Source of the DNA: Patescibacteria group bacterium
Lineage (GTDB): Bacteria > Patescibacteriota > Patescibacteriia > Veblenbacterales > UBA10138
Reading direction: 5' to 3'
Assembly: GCA_018817715.1 (NCBI GenBank)
Contig: JAHITT010000006.1
Location: forward strand, 218,804-282,803
Length of the DNA: 64,000 nt
Positions 1 to 8,300 of this stretch are shown here, piece after piece. Each line of letters opens with the position of its first letter. Positions within the stretch are counted from its first letter, which is position 1. Under the pieces are notes generated by a model. That model had not been told where the DNA came from. It did not search any database and saw only the letters and a program-made list of their open reading frames with translations. A program made the position numbers and the translations under genes.

Positions 1-598
1 GAGCCACGATAGTTAACAGAGTGGCATAACTGGCAATATTATAAGGCACACCCAAAGCCATATCGCAGCTTCTTTGATAAAGCTGCATATCCAGTCTGTT
101 ATTTACCACATAAAATTGAAACAAAACATGGCAGGGTAAAAGGGCCATTTTGGGTAAATCCGCCACATTCCAGGCGCTTACTATTAACCTACGGGAATCA
201 GGTTTATTTTTTATTTCTTCAATAACCCAATTTATTTGATCTACGTAACTTTTTTGGTAAGACTTGGCAGATTCATCCCAAGTGAATTTTTCCCATCTGC
301 GCCACTGATAACCATAAATCGGACCCAAATTTCCTTGTTCATCAGCCCAAGCATCCCAAATAGGCGTATGGTCGGTTAAATTATCATCGTGGATATTAGT
401 AGCACCATGCAAAAACCATAAAAGTTCTCTAACTATACTTTCATACTTAACCTTTTTAGTGGTTACCAAAGGAAAACCTTGGCGTAAATCATACTTACGC
501 TGAGCGCCAAATAAAGAAATAGTGCCCGTACCAGTACGATCGGTCTTAGTTTCGCCTTTGTCTAAAACTTCCTGCAGTAAACTTAGATATTGTTGCAT
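1..598 (-). CDS. thyA: Thymidylate synthase ThyA (partial, C-terminus lies beyond the window start)
   Basis: Minus-strand translation from ATG at 598-596 reads [59 protein letters not shown]..., which is the canonical ThyA N-terminus and dUMP/folate-binding core. The ORF has no stop within the window. Confidence 0.85.
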   Translation of the reverse strand, partial: MQQYLSLLQEVLDKGETKTDRTGTGTISLFGAQRKYDLRQGFPLVTTKKVKYESIVRELLWFLHGATNIHDDNLTDHTPIWDAWADEQGNLGPIYGYQWRRWEKFTWDESAKSYQKSYVDQINWVIEEIKNKPDSRRLIVSAWNVADLPKMALLPCHVLFQFYVVNNRLDMQLYQRSCDMALGVPYNIASYATLLTIVA

Positions 599-760
599 TT
601 GATTATTTTAGCCCTAACTAGCCAATTGGCAGATAGGATAACAATAAAAAATAATAACTTTTATTCTTTTATTAATTATACCTTATAGCTTGACTGAGTG
701 ACAATTCAAGGTTAAGGTAGAGGCAAATAAACAAAATGTCCATTAAAAATGGAGTCAAAA

Positions 761-1429
761 ATGAATAATTATAGAGACTATAATAATAAAACTTCTTTAG
801 AGAAATGGTTAAATCTCCCTATAAAAAAATTAAAAACCGTATTAAGGTGGGGTGATTTTAAAAACCATAAACAAAGAGAAAATACTCTAGAACATACCGT
901 AAAACAAACTCTCATAACAATCATAGCCATAATAATAGAGTATGGAGAAAAAGCCACCAAAGATCCTTTCTTCCTTCTGGTGGTCTCAGCCCTAATTCAT
1001 GACTTTGGGGAAAGACCAAAAAGAAAAGCCAATAAAAAATTTGGCTATGACCAATCGGTAGAAGAAAAAAATAACGGTGATAAAGAAGCTATACAAAATA
1101 CTGAAAAAAAAATTATGTATGCTTACTTAGATAGCTTACCGATTTCCAATCCAGAAATTAAAGACCTAATAATAGATTTCTTTATCGAAGCCTATGAACT
1201 TCAATATGAACAGACTGATTTGGGTAAATATTTCAACAGTCTAGAAAAATTGGGTTATATTACCCATGCTATTGACGAATGCTTAGAACAAAATACGGAA
1301 TACAGTAAAGTCCTACGAGATCACTATGTTGATTTATCAGAATATTCTAAAAAATTCAAAAGCATTCATTTTCTTTTCTCAGAAAATAAAGACTTGATTG
1401 ACTCTGCTATCGATTCAATAAACAAATAA
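761..1429 (+). CDS. HD-domain phosphohydrolase, YfbR-like 5'-deoxynucleotidase family
   Basis: The ORF track starts at 749, but GGAG at 751-754 sits 6 nt before the ATG at 761 (MNNYRDY...). Motifs: LEHTVKQTLITI... and ALIHDFGE (the H...HD...D metal-binding pattern of HD hydrolases, similar to E. coli YfbR SEHSLQV...YHDASE). Lys-rich, 222 aa. Confidence 0.55.
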   Translation: MNNYRDYNNKTSLEKWLNLPIKKLKTVLRWGDFKNHKQRENTLEHTVKQTLITIIAIIIEYGEKATKDPFFLLVVSALIHDFGERPKRKANKKFGYDQSVEEKNNGDKEAIQNTEKKIMYAYLDSLPISNPEIKDLIIDFFIEAYELQYEQTDLGKYFNSLEKLGYITHAIDECLEQNTEYSKVLRDHYVDLSEYSKKFKSIHFLFSENKDLIDSAIDSINK

Positions 1430-1433
1430 TTCT

Positions 1434-1470
1434 CAAGGCTTGCTCTTTTATAAAGGCAAGCCTTGATTTA
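1434..1470. terminator. Bidirectional intrinsic terminator between convergent HD gene (+) and dut (-)
   Basis: Perfect 10-bp stem caaggcttgc (1434-1443) / gcaagccttg (1456-1465) with a 12-nt loop, flanked by T-rich runs on both strands. Confidence 0.5.
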
Positions 1471-1893
1471 TTTCCCCGTACTACCCCAACTACCTTGACC
1501 GCGGGAAGTATCGTCTAAGTCCTCCACTTCTTCCACTTCTACGGATAAAACCGGTTGAATTAATATTTGCATAACTTTTTCACCAGCCTTAAAAGTATAA
1601 TCCTGATTGCTGGTATTAAATACGACTAATTTAAGTTCCCCGCGAAAACCACTGTCTATAACCCCGGCCATAACCTTTAAACCAGCTTTGGCCGCTAAGC
1701 CAGATTTATCCCAACACAAACCCACATAGCCTTCCGGTATAACCATAGCAATACCGGTACGAATATCAGTTAAACGTTGGCCTGCTGGAACCACATAGTC
1801 CTCTAAAGCAAACAAATCTAAACCAGCATCATAAGGATGCACATAAGAAGGCACTTTAGCTCTTGCATCCAACTTTTTGACTAATAATTTCAT
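1468..1893 (-). CDS. dut: dUTP diphosphatase (dUTPase)
   Basis: 141 aa. Motifs AGLDLFA, GVIDSGFRGEL and C-terminal RGQGSWGSTG match dUTPase motifs I, III and V. Confidence 0.9.
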   Translation of the reverse strand: MKLLVKKLDARAKVPSYVHPYDAGLDLFALEDYVVPAGQRLTDIRTGIAMVIPEGYVGLCWDKSGLAAKAGLKVMAGVIDSGFRGELKLVVFNTSNQDYTFKAGEKVMQILIQPVLSVEVEEVEDLDDTSRGQGSWGSTGK

Positions 1894-1941
1894 AATAACT
1901 AAATCAAAAATTAAATAGGCCCTACACTGACTTTATAAAAC

Positions 1942-2520
1942 TTACTTCTTTAAATTCTTTTTGCCCATTATCTTTTCATCTATTTGTCGGTACAAACCAA
2001 TTAAATCCTTATCATTAACTAACTTAACATCAGCTTTTTTACCTAAACGACGAATAAATAATTCTGTTGGTAATTTTTCTTCCCGTTTAAAATCGGCCAA
2101 ACTAAATTTACTTTCCCCTACTTTTTCACTTCTTGATTTAGCCCGCTTAAATCTAACCTCTACCGGAGCGGTTAAATAAATTAACTTAAAACCGGCCAAA
2201 GACTTTAAAATTTCATATTCAATAGGGTGTCTTAAACCATCAATAACCACTCGAGCATCTTTTTTTAATTGCAATTTATTCTTAATGGCTTGAGCCAAAA
2301 CCCCACCACCAAATCTTTCTCGTAAAGCGCCCACTAAATTAGCTTCGTTCAGTCTAGTTACGGGCAAATCCAATGTTCTTAAAATATCCACCAATAATTT
2401 GGAAAAACGATAACCTTTAAAACCATATTTTTTAATTAAATAACGAGCCGACATTTCCTTACCAGCCAATTTTTCTCCGACAAAAACCAGTATTATTCTT
2501 TTATTTGATTCTTTTTTCAT
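1942..2520 (-). CDS. P-loop nucleoside-monophosphate kinase family protein (putative dNMP kinase of the thymidylate cluster)
   Basis: 192 aa. N-terminal P-loop ILVFVGEKLAGKE has an atypical Glu after GK. VIDGLRHPIE resembles the DGFPR NMP-binding motif of adenylate/UMP-CMP kinases. Specificity is unknown. Confidence 0.45.
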   Translation of the reverse strand: MKKESNKRIILVFVGEKLAGKEMSARYLIKKYGFKGYRFSKLLVDILRTLDLPVTRLNEANLVGALRERFGGGVLAQAIKNKLQLKKDARVVIDGLRHPIEYEILKSLAGFKLIYLTAPVEVRFKRAKSRSEKVGESKFSLADFKREEKLPTELFIRRLGKKADVKLVNDKDLIGLYRQIDEKIMGKKNLKK

Positions 2521-2531
2521 TTGGTACTTAT

Positions 2532-2573
2532 AAAAAATCCGTTGCTTAGGGCTTTAACCCCTAGCAACGGATT
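2532..2573 (-). terminator. Intrinsic terminator downstream of dcd
   Basis: 15-bp near-perfect stem atccgttgc(t)tagggg / cccctagcaacggat (2537-2573) with loop ctttaa. On the minus strand it is followed by a TTTTTTAT run (plus aaaaaa at 2532-2537). Confidence 0.6.
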
Positions 2574-2580
2574 TGGCAAT

Positions 2581-3138
2581 TTAAGATTTAAAATTTTCGT
2601 GAATCTTACTAGCCTGCGGATCAGACGCTCCATAATACTTATGTGAAGAATCATAAGGATTTTCCGCTGGCGAAGACATGGGCATAAAAGCCACCTGGGC
2701 TATGGCCATATTGGCGTATAATTTAACCGGTAAGTTACCAATATTATGAAGCTCTAAAGTCGGCTTTAAAGAATTACCTGGATCGATAAATCCGGCTGTG
2801 GCATGCACAATAATGCCAATGCGGCCTAAGCTAGATTTACCTTCCAAGCGAGCTACCATATCGTTTCCTAAAGTAATTTTTTCTACCGTAACACCCAAAG
2901 CAAATTCACCGGGATGTATTATAAAAGGTTTATCGTCACTAATTATTATTTCCTCCATTAAATCGGCAATCGGCTCCTTAACATCTATAAAAGCATGTGA
3001 GGTGTGCCGAAAAATTAAAAATTTTTTATCCAAATGCAAATCTACCGAAGCTGGTTGCACCGAACCTTCTAACAAAGGATCAATGCCGATTTTTTTATCC
3101 TGTAAATACTTCTTAATGTCACGATCGGATAATATCAT
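2581..3138 (-). CDS. dcd: dCTP deaminase
   Basis: 185 aa. MILSDRDIKKYL...IDPLLEGSVQPASVDLHLD...PGEFALGVTVEKI...LEGKSSLGRIGI, the canonical Dcd N-terminus and dUTPase-like fold motifs. Confidence 0.85.
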   Translation of the reverse strand: MILSDRDIKKYLQDKKIGIDPLLEGSVQPASVDLHLDKKFLIFRHTSHAFIDVKEPIADLMEEIIISDDKPFIIHPGEFALGVTVEKITLGNDMVARLEGKSSLGRIGIIVHATAGFIDPGNSLKPTLELHNIGNLPVKLYANMAIAQVAFMPMSSPAENPYDSSHKYYGASDPQASKIHENFKS

Positions 3139-3227
3139 AAGCTAATAAATAATTAATAGTCTTGATTTTAATCTAAATTATTTAAATTTACCCACTCACC
3201 AACCTTGGCTTTTATCTTAAAATAGAC

Positions 3228-3998
3228 CTAAACAGAACTCACCTTAATAGCCGGTCCCATAGAAGTACACAAAGTAAAACTACGAATATAAGTACCTTTA
3301 GTGGCCGCTGGCTTGGCGCGCTTAATCGCCTCCAATAAGGTACTAATATTATCTGCTAATTTAGTAGCATCAAAAGAAAGTTTTCCAACCATTTGGTGCA
3401 AATTACCAGTACTGTCTAACTTAAAATTTATTTTACCTTTGCTTAATTCTTTAACCGCCTGAACAACATCTGGCGTAATAGTTTCGGTTTTAGGGTTAGG
3501 CATTAAGCCTTTTTGTCCTAGAATTTTAGCAATCGGAGCTAACTGACGCATAATATCTGGCGTGGCCACAGCAATATCAAAATCACAACGGCCAGTAGTT
3601 TGAATTTCCTTAATCAACTCTTCACCACCCACCAAAACTGCGCCGGCTTCTTTAGCGGCTTTGACTTTATCTTCAGAACAAAAAACTGCCACGCGTTTTT
3701 GTTTGCCTAAACCATGAGGCAAAACAGCTGAACCGCGCACCTGTTGATTAGCTTGTTTTACATCCACACCCAAACCAAAATGAGCTTCTATGGAAGCGTC
3801 AAACTTGGTAGCTGGCATTTTTTTAAGCAAATCTATAGCTTCTGTTAAACTATAAATTTTACTCTTGTCTATTAACTGACTGGCGGCAGCATAACGCCTA
3901 CCACCTTTATTCTTGGCCTTTATACCGACCGATTGTTCTTTGGTCATAAGACTGTCCTTGACGTGGTACAAACCCTCTGCCTTAAGCCGAGGTCCCAC
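3228..3998 (-). CDS. rplA: 50S ribosomal protein L1
   Basis: FDASIEAHFGLGVDVKQANQQVRGSAVLPHGLGK...VGGEELIKEI, typical L1, directly downstream of rplK. Confidence 0.9.
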   Translation of the reverse strand: MGPRLKAEGLYHVKDSLMTKEQSVGIKAKNKGGRRYAAASQLIDKSKIYSLTEAIDLLKKMPATKFDASIEAHFGLGVDVKQANQQVRGSAVLPHGLGKQKRVAVFCSEDKVKAAKEAGAVLVGGEELIKEIQTTGRCDFDIAVATPDIMRQLAPIAKILGQKGLMPNPKTETITPDVVQAVKELSKGKINFKLDSTGNLHQMVGKLSFDATKLADNISTLLEAIKRAKPAATKGTYIRSFTLCTSMGPAIKVSSV

Positions 3999-4015
3999 AT
4001 ATTAATAAATAAATT

Positions 4016-4444
4016 TTAATCCTCTACTGTAACACCCATTTGCCGAGCCGTACCTTCAATAATCTTCATAGCACCCTCTAAATTATTGGCATTTAAATCT
4101 GGCATTTTTTTCTCGGCTATTTCCTTAACCTGTTTCTTGGTTATTTTACCTACCTTAGTCTGCAAGGGTTTACCAGAACCCTTTTCTATGCCAGCTGCTT
4201 TTTTAATAAGTTCAGCGGCCGGCGGTGTTTTGAGTATAAAAGTATAAGTTCTATCTTCAAAAACCGTTATTTCTACTGGAGTTATTTCGTTTCCTTTGTC
4301 TTTGGTAGCGGCATTAAACTTGGTACAAAACTCTTGAATATTAAGACCATGCTGACCCAAAGCTGGACCAACTGGCGGAGCTGGATTAGCTTTACCGGCT
4401 GGAATTTGTAATTTAATTACTGTCTTTATTTTCTTGCTAGCCAT
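4016..4444 (-). CDS. rplK: 50S ribosomal protein L11
   Basis: Start moved to the ATG at 4444 ([44 protein letters not shown]...), the L11 signature. The track ORF carries a 15-codon N-terminal extension. Confidence 0.9.
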   Translation of the reverse strand: MASKKIKTVIKLQIPAGKANPAPPVGPALGQHGLNIQEFCTKFNAATKDKGNEITPVEITVFEDRTYTFILKTPPAAELIKKAAGIEKGSGKPLQTKVGKITKKQVKEIAEKKMPDLNANNLEGAMKIIEGTARQMGVTVED

Positions 4445-4510
4445 AAAATTAATGAATAGATAACTATCCGCCAAAGGCGGACCCGCCACTGGCGGGAAAT
4501 TTAAAGTAAA

Positions 4511-5056
4511 TTATAATTTCTGAATTTGCAAAAAATCCAATTCTACTGGAGTTTCTCGACCAAACATAGAAACTAAAGCCTTAACCTTACCGCGCGCCTC
4601 ATCCACTTCAGAAACCTTGCCTTCAAAATCCTTAAAAGGACCATCGACAATTTTAACCGGCGTACCAGGCGTAACATCTATTTGATACTTGGGCTCTTCT
4701 ATACCCATTCTTTTTTGTAAGGCCTTTATTTCGTCCTCGGCAATCGGCGTCGGCGTCGTGCCGGCACCAATAAATCCGGTAACATTGGGGGTATTACGAA
4801 CCACATACCAAGAATCGTCCGTTACCTGCATTTCCACTAACACGTAACCAGGGAAAATTTTTTCTTCCACTATACGACGCTTGCCATTTTTAATACGAAT
4901 TTTCTTTTCTGTAGGAATAAGCACGTTAAAAATCCTATCTCCCATATCCATTGATTCAATACGTTGCTTTAAATTACGAGAAACATTTTCCTCGTAACCG
5001 GAATAAGTATGCAGAGCATACCAACGCCTACCTACGCCACTTGTTTGCCTAGACAT
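4511..5056 (-). CDS. nusG: Transcription antitermination factor NusG
   Basis: RWYALHTYSGYEENV... NGN domain and C-terminal KOW (GTPVKIVDGPFKDFEGKVSEVD). Sits in the secE-nusG-rplK-rplA order. Confidence 0.9.
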   Translation of the reverse strand: MSRQTSGVGRRWYALHTYSGYEENVSRNLKQRIESMDMGDRIFNVLIPTEKKIRIKNGKRRIVEEKIFPGYVLVEMQVTDDSWYVVRNTPNVTGFIGAGTTPTPIAEDEIKALQKRMGIEEPKYQIDVTPGTPVKIVDGPFKDFEGKVSEVDEARGKVKALVSMFGRETPVELDFLQIQKL

Positions 5057-5067
5057 AAATTAAATCT

Positions 5068-5256
5068 TTAAAAACCTAACAATCTTTCCAAACCAAGATT
5101 CAAAAAGTAATCAATCGCACCTAAAAAAACCGCCACAGCTAAAGATATCCCAATAACCAGCAAAGTATGCTGGGTGGTTTCTTTTTTGGTTGGCCAGGCT
5201 ACTTTTTTAAATTCCTGGTAAGAATTTTTTAGATAATCTGTCAATAAATTAGCCAT
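5068..5256 (-). CDS. secE: Preprotein translocase subunit SecE
   Basis: 62 aa with a single C-terminal TM helix (TLLVIGISLAVAVFLGAIDYFL) and the conserved position upstream of nusG. Confidence 0.8.
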   Translation of the reverse strand: MANLLTDYLKNSYQEFKKVAWPTKKETTQHTLLVIGISLAVAVFLGAIDYFLNLGLERLLGF

Positions 5257-5312
5257 AAAATATTCCTTTATTAGCTCCTAGCCTTAGGCTACAAGCTATT
5301 TTAGACTCTTTT

Positions 5313-5339
5313 AAAAGGCCCGTGTCAGGCCTTTTACAA
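5313..5339. terminator. Hairpin terminator between the giant ORF and secE
   Basis: aaaaggcc-cgtgtca-ggcctttt, an 8-bp stem with short T runs on both strands. Presumably ends the pheST-gyrB-giant transcript before the secE promoter. Confidence 0.4.
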
Positions 5340-5393
5340 AACGAATAATATCAACCTTTATTAAATATGTCAAACTGGAACTATTAAGTTAAT

Positions 5394-8300
5394 CTAGCGA
5401 ATAATTGATCCAGAAAACTTCCTTTCACCATGTTCCCTAGACGATCCATTACCAAACTCCACATAATTATCGCTAAACGAAGACTTGGGAATATCAGCTA
5501 CCAAATCCTGAACTGATTCCGAAACCTTGATATCAGGCAAAACTGACTGCAAGCGTTTGTTTAACAGTGCTGCGTCTAAGCCTACACTTGACATAGCCTC
5601 CTGAGAAACCGACACAGATATTTTAGCTTCGGGTATTTCTTTTTTTATGGATTTATATTTTTTAACAATCGATATAATATTACTGATAAGAATATCCGGC
5701 GACTTAGAGCCATAAACTCTATCCATTACAAAAGACATTTCCTGGTTTCCCGCGGTGTCCTTGGTAGGTACAAAAAATACTATCTCATCAGAAATACTAC
5801 CCTTATCTTTCTCGGTCTGGTTTATAATGAAAAATTTATTAGAGTCACCAAAAGCCAAATTAGTGTCATTGTTTATCTCCTTTCTTAGGCAACCCAAACA
5901 TTGACGCATATTTTCTATTATCAAATTCAAATCCTTAGTTAAATGACTAACCACCATAGTATTAGTACTCTCCGAAAAAACAATTTTCTCAATATCAGCC
6001 AAACGTTTTTTCAACAACTCATGATTCTCTAAATGACTACTTTTCTTTATTTTGATAAAATATTCTTTTACTTTATCTAAAGTGATCTCTAAATCTTTCA
6101 TTTTTTCTTTAATAGAAGAAAGATAATTATTAACTTCTTTTTTTTCTTCCAAACTTATCTTATTTTCATCCTTAACTACTAAATTTTCTAAATAAATAAT
6201 ATCTTTACCTAAAGCCAAAGCTCCCGATGTTTGGGTAAAACTTTCACCCAACCTATTAAATATCTCTATAATCTTTTGTGATGGCGTAAGTCTTTCCCCT
6301 AATTCATTGATATTTCTTTCTACTCCTTCTTCCTGCATTTTACTAATCATATTGGAAACTAAACTAAAAGGCTGTAACTTATCTTGCGTCTGCTTTATTT
6401 TTTCTTTAGTCCAACCACCTATCCCTAATATTTCCGCCAATCTCGCCTGCAAAGCTTTTTCCTTGTCATCAAGGGTTATATCTTTACCATCCAAACTACC
6501 ATAGACTTTAGCTAAAACGGCCCCCACTTGCCTCCCTTCTATCTGCAATATCCTCATAATTTCCTTATCTAATTTATCTGGATAAATATCGGGGTCGGCC
6601 AATTCATCAATATTTCTTTTAATATTGCCTAATTTAATATCTACTGTTTCAATACTACCTACTATACTACTCATAACTTCTTCTTGTAATAATTGCTGAA
6701 ACTCTTCAGCTTTATCCAAGCTAATACCAGCTACCTCCAAAGACAAAGAAGCTATCTTAGTTTTATTTTCTAAAATAGGTTTAACTAATTTTATTTGTTT
6801 ATCCGAAAGGTATTCTTCTAATATAATAGCTTTATTCTCGCGAAAATCAGACCATTTACTGTTCAATTCCAAACCTAAAAATAAAGCTACCAAAGCTTCT
6901 TTAGTTTCATTACGGTTATTAATATTTCCTATATAACGGACACAATTATGAACAGATCTTATATGTTCTTTAGTAAAATTTTCCGGAACATTTATAATAC
7001 CAAAACGTTCCTTAAAACTATTCTTAACAACTTCCACTAATCTTACTTTTTCTGCAGACAAACAATCAGCTTTTTCTTTTGGGCTATTTTTTAAATTATT
7101 TACTAACTCACGGATAGTCAATCTAACTCCAACCAAATCCTTAGCCTGATAACTTGGCTCGCCCTCATCATCTATTTTTTGCAAAATTATTAACTGCGCT
7201 TGGTATAAAGGCAAAAGTTCTGTTAAGACAATTTTCATTTCTTTAGCTGATAATTCAGCAAATAATGATTCAAAGGTTGTATATAAACTTGGTGCCGCCT
7301 CTATTATATCATGTGATAAATTATAAAATTCAGCCTTGTCATCTTGTGGCCATCTTTCCCGATTCATTCGATTTTCCTGATTTGTTAACAATTCTTTAAT
7401 TTCCTTAATTGTTCGACTGGCTGTGGATTTACTCCTAGAAACAACATTAAATTGATAGACTAAATTTCCTAAAGACTCAACATATTTTAATGTCCCCGCC
7501 CCACCCATCTGATCTATAAAATTAGTGACTGCTAATAAATTTAAAGGCACTATTTTATTATCGCCCTTCAAAAATTCTATCCATTCTTTATGCATACTAC
7601 CAAAAGCGGCATCTTTATAATCACTGTTAAATAAATTTAAAATCCTGGTTTTATTTTCCGAGGTCAGATTTAATTTATTTTCTTGCTCAGCTACGTCTAT
7701 ATAACTATACAAACCCGCCGGCCACTCATTATCTTGAAAATCAACTTTTTGCTGTCCTTCTAAACCAGGGATTTGCAAAACCTGCTCACATTTTTCCGGC
7801 GAATAATCTATCAAAATTTCGTATAATTCCTGAATTGAATAACTGTTGCCAAAATATTTTATGTGACTTTTTAATTTATTTATTATACCGGTTCGAATTT
7901 CTAACTCCTGCACCGAACACTCTTTTAAAGAATCATATATCCAAAGCCAATTATCCATTAAAATATCCTTATCTATCAGATTAATTATGTCTTTTATAAC
8001 ATTAATTTTTTCCGGATTATTGGCTACAGTTTTTAATATCTGATTATTTCTATATCCATCCCAAATACTTTTTAAATTATTAATAAATTCCACGGGTGTT
8101 TTAACTAAAACATCTTTTTCCTCTTGATCAGTTAATTTACCGTATAAAAAATCATATAAATCTGACGGCACCAATAAACCAGAATTGTCCGCCTGTCTTA
8201 ACCCTGTAACCAATTTATTATATCCTCGGGTGTCTACCGCTTTATCTAACTGACCATTATTCAAAAATACTACTATTTTACTTTCTAAAATTTTTTGTTT

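Noticed and set aside
778-960. 60-aa minus-strand ORF overlapping the HD-domain gene
   Set aside because: Fully inside a gene with clear HD motifs on the other strand. No start context.
2520-2581. dcd plus adjacent P-loop kinase as a defensive dCTP-deaminase (kinase-deaminase) anti-phage system
   Set aside because: Known defensive versions are single fused proteins. Here dcd is a normal-length housekeeping gene terminating the rplK-rplA operon, with a strong terminator separating it from the kinase gene. The surrounding thyA/dut context indicates ordinary thymidylate metabolism.
2798-3145. 115-aa plus-strand ORF inside dcd; similar antisense ORFs 1961-2179, 6307-6504, 8566-8775, 9019-9276, 10483-10686, 10785-11111, 11188-11379, 11796-12059, 13677-14279, 14403-14591, 15447-15635, 24636-24890, 26510-26713, 26771-27019, 30986-31273, 32287-32481, 39432-39632, 39864-40136, 43352-43567, 44319-44561, 45838-46020, 46317-46502, 49259-49459, 53732-54007, 53780-53974, 54140-54349, 56553-56843, 57090-57335, 57567-57854, 61018-61221, 62262-62450
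   Set aside because: All are nested within or antisense to well-supported genes, have low-complexity composition driven by the opposite-strand codon bias, and lack ribosome-binding sites. Treated as spurious shadow ORFs.
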